From contig NZ_LT934425.1 in NCBI RefSeq assembly GCF_900232105.1, positions 990,001 to 1,022,000 on the forward strand: 32,000 nt of DNA, given 5' to 3'. The stretch is from Candidatus Kuenenia stuttgartensis (GTDB lineage: Bacteria; Planctomycetota; Brocadiia; Brocadiales; Brocadiaceae). The notes under the pieces are model-generated. The model saw only the letters and a list, made by a program, of their open reading frames with translations, was not told where the DNA came from and searched no databases. The translations under genes and the position numbers were made by a program. Positions 15,473 to 22,566 of the stretch are shown piece after piece. Position 1 is the stretch's first letter. Every line of letters begins with the position of its first letter.

Positions 15473-15510
15473 GAAACACTTTAGTCTTTTTCAAAAAACT
15501 AACGTGTTAC
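15473..15510. repeat. Family B minimal copy B5 (two TIRs back to back, 38 nt hairpin)
   Basis: gaaacactttagtctttttcaaaaaactaacgtgttac consists of the TIRs only, with no cargo. It lies 26 nt downstream of the wza-like stop. Confidence 0.75.
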
Positions 15511-15535
15511 AAAAATTCACACTTCAAGCCGATTT

Positions 15536-16105
15536 TTAAAAATACCTTACAGGCACTCTGATAATATCGTTTGGCTTTACCAGTGCATCAAGTTTTGCTT
15601 TATACTCCTCTTCTTTTCCATCTTTCGTCCTCACTACGATTACGCGGCGAGGAGATGCTTTTTCCGTTACCCCACCCGCCTGCGCAATTGCCTGGCGGAC
15701 GGTCATACTGTTTTTCCAGTAGTATTCACCGGGGGTTGTTACTTCCCCAACCACATACACTTTTTTACTCCGATACTTTTTTACCCTTATCGTTACTTGC
15801 GGAGAGACAAAATATCCTCCCTCCAATAATTTCTTCTCCATAAGTATTTCCAGATCAAAGACTGACAGGCCGTCGGCATCCACCTTGCCAATTAAGGGAA
15901 AGGTAAAGGCTCCGTTTTGTGATACTTCAACCATTCTGTCCATGTCTTCGTTGTCCCACACACGGATATCAAGGATATCTTCAGGCCCGACCACATATTC
16001 ATTATTTGAAATGTTGTCGGCTGAGAAGGCAAAGGATGTCGTGCACAGTAATCCTATAAAAATGCATATTATTTGTAATGTAGTTTTCGACTGTTTTTTT
16101 CTCAT
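15536..16105 (-). CDS. Polysaccharide export protein (Wza-like; Poly_export + SLBB domains)
   Basis: VGPEDILDIRVWDNEDM...FTFPLIGKVDADGLSVFDLE...YVVGEVTTPGEYYW...MTVRQAIAQAGGVT...IIRVP fits the family. I prefer the ATG at 16105 (MRKKQSKTTLQIICIFIGLLCTTSFAFS signal peptide, preceded by aaaggag) over the track start at 16147. Confidence 0.85.
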   Translation of the reverse strand: MRKKQSKTTLQIICIFIGLLCTTSFAFSADNISNNEYVVGPEDILDIRVWDNEDMDRMVEVSQNGAFTFPLIGKVDADGLSVFDLEILMEKKLLEGGYFVSPQVTIRVKKYRSKKVYVVGEVTTPGEYYWKNSMTVRQAIAQAGGVTEKASPRRVIVVRTKDGKEEEYKAKLDALVKPNDIIRVPVRYF

Positions 16106-16240
16106 ATCAGGCTCCTTTCTTTTAAGTAAATAGTTGTTATTAGTCATTATTCATTATTCATTGGTACCTTATCAGTAATTTCTTTGCTTTTTTGGGCAAA
16201 ATATTTAATTGTCCAGTCGGCAGTCGGCAAATTGCAGATT

Positions 16241-16268
16241 GAGGACTGAGGACTGAGGACTGAGGACT
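16241..16268. repeat. Heptamer tandem repeat (GAGGACT)x4
   Basis: gaggactgaggactgaggactgaggact lies in the glmS-wza spacer, next to cagtcggcagtcggcaaattgc, which resembles 10243-10268. Confidence 0.9.
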
Positions 16269-16311
16269 GTTTTCTTTCTTGCTTGTCTGGTTCTGGCTAT
16301 GCCAGCTTATA

Positions 16312-18138
16312 TTATTCAACCGTTACGCTCTTTGCCAGGTTTCTTGGTTTATCCACATTGCACCCTCGCATAACTGCCATGTGGTATGCCAGTAATTGAA
16401 GGGGGATGACAGAAAGCAAAGGGGTTAGTACTGCCGGTGCATCCGGGATATACACTACGTGATCCGCTTTCCCCTGTATCTGCTCGTCGCCTTCTGTCGC
16501 GATAGCAATGACCCTCCCTTTTCTTGACTTTACCTCTTCGATATTGTTGAGTATTTTCCCATATGTGGCGTCCTTTGTAGCAATAACTATTACCGGCATG
16601 TTTTCGTCTATTAACGCAATAGGCCCGTGTTTCATCTCCGCTGCCGGATATCCCTGCGCGTGAATATATGATATCTCCTTCAGCTTTAAAGCGCCTTCAA
16701 GCGCTACGGGATAGTTGAACCCACGCCCCAGATACAACGCATGATTTTTATCTTTGTAGGCATCCGCCATCTCACGGATTTCCTCTTCTCTATCAAGGAT
16801 CTTTTGAATCTTGCCTGGAATGGAATTAATTGCAGTTATCATTTCCGGAACTTTTGGGTCCGTCTTGTGCCTTAACAATAGTATATGGAGGGCAAACAAA
16901 TAGAAGGCGGCTACCTGAGCAGTAAATGCCTTTGTAGAGGCAACTCCGATTTCAGGGCCTATGTGTAGATATATGCCGGCATCGGCCTCTCTGGCAATGC
17001 TACTCCCGACGACATTACAAATAGCAAGTACTTTTGCACCTTTATTTTTTGCCTCCCTCATAGCCGCCAGGGTATCGGCGGTTTCTCCCGACTGGCTTAT
17101 TGCCATTACCAGTGTATCTTTTTCGATTATAGGATTGCGATATCTGAATTCAGAGGCATATTCAACTTCAACCGGTATTCGTGCAAGCTCTTCCAGCATG
17201 TATTCTCCTACCAGACCTGCATGCCATGATGTGCCGCAGGCAATGACCACAATGCGTTTAACTGCAAGAAGGTCTTTTTCACAATGGGAAAGTCCGCCCA
17301 GTTTTATAGGGGCTTTGCCACCATCTACCCTTCCCCTCATAAGATTTTGAAGCGCCTGCGGTTGTTCGTGAATCTCCTTCAGCATAAAGTGTTGGAAACC
17401 GGATTTTTCAATCATATCCATGTTCCAGAGCACTTCTTCGATCTTTTTCAACGACGTGATGTTTTCGATGGTCTTTGTCTCGTAGTTATCAGGGGTGATA
17501 ATCGCAACCTCAAGATCGTCCAGATAGATAACATTTCTCGTATGTTCCAGCGTAGCCGAGACGTCCGACGTGATGAAATATTCATTATCGCCGATTCCAA
17601 TAATCAATGGAGAACCTTTTCTCGCAGCCACTATTTTCCCCGGATCCTTCGTGGATATAACGGCAATGCCGTACGTTCCCTCAATCATCTTGACGGCGCT
17701 CATTACGGCTTCTTCCAGGTTGTTGGTTAGATTTTCTTCAATTAAATGCGCCAGCACTTCTGTATCTGTCTGACTTTTAAATATGTGCCCTCTTTTTTCT
17801 AAATAAGAGGTTAAATAGTCGTAATTTTCAATAATGCCATTGTGCACAACAGCAATTTCACAACGGCAATCCATGTGTGGGTGCGCGTTTTCAACCGTAG
17901 GCGCACCATGGGTTGCCCATCTGGTATGGACAATACCCATATTTGCAATGATAGGATTCGTATTCAGTTTATGTTCAAGTTCGACAACCTCTCCTATGGC
18001 CTTCTCGTATCGCAATGTGCCGTTTTCAATACATGCGATACCGGAAGAATCGTATCCGCGATATTCGAGTCGTTTAATGCCATCCAAAAGCACCTTTCCG
18101 GCTTCTTTGTTTCCAATATATCCTACAATTCCACACAT
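16312..18138 (-). CDS. glmS: Glutamine--fructose-6-phosphate aminotransferase (isomerizing)
   Basis: 608 aa with the N-terminal nucleophile MCGIVGYIG, two SIS domains and the C-terminal ...LAKSVTVE, the canonical GlmS end. Confidence 0.97.
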   Translation of the reverse strand: MCGIVGYIGNKEAGKVLLDGIKRLEYRGYDSSGIACIENGTLRYEKAIGEVVELEHKLNTNPIIANMGIVHTRWATHGAPTVENAHPHMDCRCEIAVVHNGIIENYDYLTSYLEKRGHIFKSQTDTEVLAHLIEENLTNNLEEAVMSAVKMIEGTYGIAVISTKDPGKIVAARKGSPLIIGIGDNEYFITSDVSATLEHTRNVIYLDDLEVAIITPDNYETKTIENITSLKKIEEVLWNMDMIEKSGFQHFMLKEIHEQPQALQNLMRGRVDGGKAPIKLGGLSHCEKDLLAVKRIVVIACGTSWHAGLVGEYMLEELARIPVEVEYASEFRYRNPIIEKDTLVMAISQSGETADTLAAMREAKNKGAKVLAICNVVGSSIAREADAGIYLHIGPEIGVASTKAFTAQVAAFYLFALHILLLRHKTDPKVPEMITAINSIPGKIQKILDREEEIREMADAYKDKNHALYLGRGFNYPVALEGALKLKEISYIHAQGYPAAEMKHGPIALIDENMPVIVIATKDATYGKILNNIEEVKSRKGRVIAIATEGDEQIQGKADHVVYIPDAPAVLTPLLSVIPLQLLAYHMAVMRGCNVDKPRNLAKSVTVE

Positions 18139-18178
18139 ATATGGTTATTCCTTTCGCTTAATAACTATTTTCTATCTA

Positions 18179-18319
18179 TTAAAGACTCTTACTTGCCGGA
18201 ACTGTTTTTTGTGGAACCGGCAATAGTTGAAATATATCAACATTGCATTTCAAATTCGCCTGTTCAGATTTTACTACGGGTTTTTTGTATACTTTTTTTG
18301 TTTTTTTTGTTTTGTCCAT
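18179..18319 (-). CDS. Hypothetical 46-aa Lys-rich small ORF (not in the supplied track)
   Basis: Manual reverse translation gives MDKTKKTKKVYKKPVVKSEQANLKCNVDIFQLLPVPQKTVPASKSL*. The ATG lies 24 nt after the PqqD-like stop, on the same strand. There is no clear SD sequence, the region is A-rich, and coding status is unproven. Confidence 0.25.
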   Translation of the reverse strand: MDKTKKTKKVYKKPVVKSEQANLKCNVDIFQLLPVPQKTVPASKSL

Positions 18320-18342
18320 GTTGGTACTTATTAAGGCAAAAC

Positions 18343-18663
18343 TTATTTATAAACGATTAAGTTTTTAACAGAAAGGTCTTCCAGAAAACATAACACATCA
18401 AAACACGCAGCATTTGCATCCACCTGATACTCATTACATAGTTTTTCCGCTATTTCTCTGACCGTAAATACGCCATTACACATATTCCATATTTCAGCCC
18501 CTACATCATTCAGTTGATGAAGCCATTGGCCATCCTCAGAAAAAAGGACAGTATCACCACCTACCTTCCTCCAAAAGCACTTATTTTCGTTTCGGCAAGG
18601 AACCTTATTTTTATTGTCCAAAATGATGCGCATGTGTTTCGCCATAAGCCTTATTATCAACAA
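18343..18663 (-). CDS. PqqD-family protein (RRE-type peptide-binding domain)
   Basis: ...WRKVGGDTVLFSEDGQWLHQLNDVGAEIWNMCNGVFTVREIAEKLCNEYQVDANAACFDVLCFLEDLSVKNLIV fits the PqqD pattern (LN..a..iW...dG..tv.ei...l). The real start may be an internal Met. Confidence 0.75.
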   Translation of the reverse strand: MLIIRLMAKHMRIILDNKNKVPCRNENKCFWRKVGGDTVLFSEDGQWLHQLNDVGAEIWNMCNGVFTVREIAEKLCNEYQVDANAACFDVLCFLEDLSVKNLIVYK

Positions 18664-18677
18664 ACTATTCTAACGGA

Positions 18678-21509
18678 TTACCTCGTTTGTGAATACTGCG
18701 TGGTATCCGTTGTGCCGGCATATTCCAATTGAAAGATTTTGTTCCGGGCGTATTTAATATTCCTATACTTAATTTCATACACCGCAGTACAATCCACTAT
18801 ACTGCTTATTATTCTTAATTTTTCCGAGAAAAGGTTTTTATTATCAATACCGTTTAAATCACATGGATAGATATTGTTCATAAGGGCAACTGCAACCTCC
18901 TTGCCGCTTAATTTTTTAAATGAATTATTTGCATCCGTACCTAATAAAATAACTGCCTCTAACGGTGCAATCTTACTATTTTGTTTTGTAATCTCTGTTT
19001 TCACGGGAAACTGAGAAATGTAATATGAGCCTTTTTCTTCCGTAGCTACGATTAATTCATCCGAAAGGATTTCCGCCTCGTGAGTAAACAGGCTTGATAT
19101 AATCGTTTTATTATCGCCGGATTTCTCTACAAGAAGAAATCCTCTTCCATCCGTCACTACGCCTGCCGCAGGGATGAAAAAATCATTTGCACCCTTTCCG
19201 TTGTGTATGCCTTTCTTAAAAAATCCCTCATAAATGCAACGACACATATACTCCACAACAGATAGCTTCCCGGCAGTGGGGATAAATACCCTTTTTTCCG
19301 CTTCAGAGGAATTTATACAATAATATTTTTCCTGCTTATAATTTATTTCTTCCCCATCATTATACAATCTGTTGCTCTCCTGATATCCGAATATAAACCG
19401 GCAGTCATTTTGACCATTCATTTCAGAGAAATGGAAATATTTTTGCGCTTCTTCCTCGAGTTCTTTGTTCAAAAATGAAAAGGCTAAACACATTTTCCCA
19501 ATGTTCAATGTTAATCCGCCATTATTCCCGACAGGCCTTTGGTATCCACGCCGTTCAAGAGGCAATACATATTTTTTCAGCATGTCCCTGACTTTTTCAT
19601 AATGATCCATTGCGGAAAGATTCTTCAGGAGTGTTTCAAACTCACTGAGTATTTTATTTATTTCGTGCAAAGAGAACATCCCGCTATTCTTCGCAAAAAA
19701 TACCTTCTCATGCCTGCTTGCGGTTGTGCCTTCTTCTGCGGTAAGTATTTCTTCGTAAAGCTTTTCACCAGGCCTCAAACCGGTAATCTTTATGTCTATG
19801 TCCTGATAGGGTTTCAAGCCATGGATCTTTATTAAGTCTTCCGCTAACGCCAAAAGCTTTACAGGTTCTCCCATGTCCAGGACAAGGATATCTCCGCCTT
19901 TCCCTAAAATTGCCGCCTGAAGAACCAGTGACACCGCCTCCGGAATCGTCATGAAATATCTTTCGACATCTTTATGGGTCACAGTAAGGGGCCCTTCCTC
20001 CTTTAGCTGCTGCAAAAACAACGGTAAAACACTCCCGCGGCTGCCTAAGACATTTCCAAATCGCACCGATAAAAACTCTGTATTTGACATCCCTTCAAAC
20101 GCCCTGCAAATATGTTCCGCCATCCTCTTTGTCGCGCCCATAATACTAGTCGGCCTAACCGCTTTATCCGTAGAGATTAAAACAAACTTTTCCACCTTAT
20201 TCTCCATCGACACCTTTGCTACTTTGTACGTCCCAAACATATTCACTTTGACCGCTTCTTTGGAGTTATATTCCATCATAGGCACATGTTTGTAAGCAGC
20301 GGCATGGAAGACAATCTGCGGTTTCATATGTTTAAAAACACTGGTAACGGACTCTTCGTCCCTTATATCGCCGGCAATAAATAATACTTTTTGCAACATT
20401 TGCGAATTGACGCGCTGGTTATGAAGCAGATGCGGAAATCGTTTTTCCAAATGAAGTTTCAAAGAATGTAATTCTGTTTCATCTGTATCGAAAAGTATTA
20501 CTTTTTCGGGATGAAAGGAACAAACCTGCACAGCTATTTCAGAACCGATAGAGCCGCCGGCGCCGGTAATAAGAACAACCTTGTTATGTATAAACCGTTC
20601 TATCCCTTTATGGTCAATCTCTACCGCCTGCCTGCCTAAAAGATCTTCAATACTGATATTTTCAAGATTGTGAATATTTATTGCAGGTTCACAGTTATCG
20701 TATATGCGTGGAATAATCTTTATCTCCACGTCATACCTGTTTGCGATATTGTATAATCTCCTCAATGATTTGTAGTTTAATGATGGAATGGCAACAACCA
20801 TTGCCTTGACCCTCTTTTCTTTTATAATATCTTCCAATATGTCGGTTTTGCCAAACACCGGAATACCGTGTATGCTTTTTCCCACTTTGCCAACATCGTC
20901 ATCAAGCAATCCAACGGGGCAATAATCTTTATAACCCCCTTCTTTCAGATCCCTGAGGACCATGCTTCCTGTGTTCCCGGCGCCGATGATAATGGTTCTC
21001 TTCCCATGCTTTGCGTTGATTCTTCCGTAAATGTATTTTGAAAATACTCTTTTTGAAATTCTTAATCCGCAAAATAATGTGAGAGAAATCAGGCATTCAA
21101 TAAAAATGATACTTCGAGGAAAACCCTGAACTGGAAATAAAGAATAAAGGCCGGAAATATTTATAATGTTATTTGATATATATGGATTCCAGATTATCGC
21201 CCCAAGAACAGTTAATGCTACAAACTGTGATAATGTGATATAGATGAAATCAGGGATGCTTACATATTGCCATGTGATTTTATATATTTTAAAAAGAGCA
21301 AGCATGCCCATTTTGACAAGCAAAAACAGGGGCAATGCCCTCAAAATCATCCATCTATATTGCGGGGAAATCTCAAAATCAAAGCGAAAAAGAAAGGATA
21401 CAAAAAGGGAAAATGCAATGATAACTACATCACACGCACAAAAGAACATCGTACGCTTAAAATAGGTGGGATAGAATAATTTATTTATAGCTCTTCCTGC
21501 TGTCACCAA
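18678..21509 (-). CDS. Membrane-bound CapD/PglF/WbpM-type NDP-sugar 4,6-dehydratase fused to a ~295-aa HprK-related-kinase-like C-terminal domain
   Basis: 943 aa. It has N-terminal TM helices, IIGAGNTGS and TGAGGSIGSE Rossmann motifs, and AAAYKHVPMMEYN. After ...LKKYVLPLERRGY (about 19545) the frame continues with ...FIPAAGVVTDGRGFLLVEKSGDNKTIISSLFTHEAEILSDELIVA... Confidence 0.85.
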   Translation of the reverse strand: MVTAGRAINKLFYPTYFKRTMFFCACDVVIIAFSLFVSFLFRFDFEISPQYRWMILRALPLFLLVKMGMLALFKIYKITWQYVSIPDFIYITLSQFVALTVLGAIIWNPYISNNIINISGLYSLFPVQGFPRSIIFIECLISLTLFCGLRISKRVFSKYIYGRINAKHGKRTIIIGAGNTGSMVLRDLKEGGYKDYCPVGLLDDDVGKVGKSIHGIPVFGKTDILEDIIKEKRVKAMVVAIPSLNYKSLRRLYNIANRYDVEIKIIPRIYDNCEPAINIHNLENISIEDLLGRQAVEIDHKGIERFIHNKVVLITGAGGSIGSEIAVQVCSFHPEKVILFDTDETELHSLKLHLEKRFPHLLHNQRVNSQMLQKVLFIAGDIRDEESVTSVFKHMKPQIVFHAAAYKHVPMMEYNSKEAVKVNMFGTYKVAKVSMENKVEKFVLISTDKAVRPTSIMGATKRMAEHICRAFEGMSNTEFLSVRFGNVLGSRGSVLPLFLQQLKEEGPLTVTHKDVERYFMTIPEAVSLVLQAAILGKGGDILVLDMGEPVKLLALAEDLIKIHGLKPYQDIDIKITGLRPGEKLYEEILTAEEGTTASRHEKVFFAKNSGMFSLHEINKILSEFETLLKNLSAMDHYEKVRDMLKKYVLPLERRGYQRPVGNNGGLTLNIGKMCLAFSFLNKELEEEAQKYFHFSEMNGQNDCRFIFGYQESNRLYNDGEEINYKQEKYYCINSSEAEKRVFIPTAGKLSVVEYMCRCIYEGFFKKGIHNGKGANDFFIPAAGVVTDGRGFLLVEKSGDNKTIISSLFTHEAEILSDELIVATEEKGSYYISQFPVKTEITKQNSKIAPLEAVILLGTDANNSFKKLSGKEVAVALMNNIYPCDLNGIDNKNLFSEKLRIISSIVDCTAVYEIKYRNIKYARNKIFQLEYAGTTDTTQYSQTR

Positions 21510-21653
21510 TGTGAGATTTCCTTTTTAAGTTTTAAGTAGACTCTTTTTATTATGATTGAGCAGATTTTTAAAACATAACCCAGACAATCCGGAGACACCG
21601 CCTACTTTTGGTCTCACAACACTTTTTGAAAATATCCTTAAAAACAAAAAACC

Positions 21654-21784
21654 GTAACACTTTAGTTTTTTGAAAAAGTAGTGGCGATACATTTGCCCGT
21701 CTGGGTATGAACGCATTTATGACAATTTACAGCAAATGCTTAGCCACTACTTTGCAATTATTAGAATTTTTCAAAAAAACTAAT
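21654..21784. repeat. Family B MITE copy B6 (right TIR truncated)
   Basis: gtaacactttagttttttgaaaaa-gtagtggcgatacatttgcc...agcaaatgcttagccactac...-tttttcaaaaaaactaa has the same cargo as B4. Confidence 0.75.
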
Positions 21785-22196
21785 CTTAAAGAAAAACCCA
21801 TACCACATATCATATTAAAAATAATAACTCTGTAAATACCCTATTTGGGGTATATACAAATGGGTGTCTTCTTTTGAGTTAATGGATAGCGTGCGCGTGC
21901 GCCTGCACTTATGCAGATTTATTCGTATGCAATAATGAAGTAACCGGGTATTTTGAATTAGAACGAAATCGGTTTGAACATCGAAAAATAGAGGGACACT
22001 TCCCGTATTTCAAAAATTACTGTGGGAAGTGTCCTTTCTTAAAGAAAAATCCATATCACATATCATATTAAAAATAATAACTCTGTAAATACCCTATTTG
22101 GGGTATATACAAATGGGTGTCTTCTTTTGGGTTAATGGATAGTGTGCGCCTGCGCTTCTGCAGATTTATTCGTATGCAATAATGACGTAGCCGGGG
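21785..22196. repeat. Tandem duplication, period 253 bp (1.6 copies)
   Basis: cttaaagaaaaacccataccacatatcatattaaaaataataactctgtaaataccctatttggggtatatacaaatgggtgtcttcttttg... (21785-21947) repeats at 22038-22195. Copy 1 has a 6-nt gtgcgc expansion. Confidence 0.9.
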
Positions 22197-22336
22197 GGAG
22201 CATTCCCGATTTTTTGTAACCGCTCATGAGGTCAGGACTAAACAACCCTGACAGGGTTTCAAACCCTGTCAGGGTTAATGCTCTGCAACGTTTCACCGAA
22301 ACCAGCGGAAGTCGCAAAAAATCAGGAATGCCCTCC
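22197..22336. repeat. 140-bp MITE-like element (TIR GGAGCATTCCCGATTTTTTGTAAC)
   Basis: ggagcattcccgattttttgtaac...ccctgacagggtttcaaaccctgtcaggg...gtcgcaaaaaatcaggaatgccctcc. The same TIR word recurs at about 10801-10825, 11952-11974, 12050-12072, 15118-15141, 22495-22520 and 24848-24873. Confidence 0.75.
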
Positions 22337-22566
22337 ATCTACTATACCTTACGAGTTCACAAGTTAGGCCTTTGGCGACTTTTTCGTTGATGTAGAGCGA
22401 AGTGCCACTTCGCTCGAACGAAGCAATCGCTTCGTTCTACAACTTTGAAAAATTCCTGAACGGCAAGCAAGATGCTTGTGATACAATGTGATAAAATTTA
22501 CAAAAAATCGGGAATGCTCCTGTTGTTCAAACTATGTCCCCCGCTGGCGGGGGTGCAGGGGGTGGA

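Noticed and set aside
15083-15484. A 133-aa + strand ORF in the wzc-wza spacer.
   Set aside because: It runs through palindromic repeats (ctcgttcccaagctccggcttgggaacg ... ccgttcccaagccggagcttgggaacgagc; the GGAGCATTCCTGATTTTTTGTAAC word). The composition is low-complexity and no family signature is present.
18139-18342. glmS ribozyme or riboswitch in the glmS 5' region.
   Set aside because: I could not recognise the conserved glmS ribozyme core in this A/T-rich leader. The region is better explained by the small ORF or plain spacer, though only a covariance-model scan would be decisive.
16961-18360. Several long + strand ORFs (129-172 aa) opposite glmS. Similar antisense ORFs lie opposite the transposases (947-1426, 23405-24209), wzc (12384-14121), the CapD fusion (19539-21479), serS (25234-26056) and the dynamin gene (28661-29050).
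   Set aside because: All are embedded antisense in strongly supported genes. They lack recognisable motifs and have odd composition, so they are shadow ORFs.
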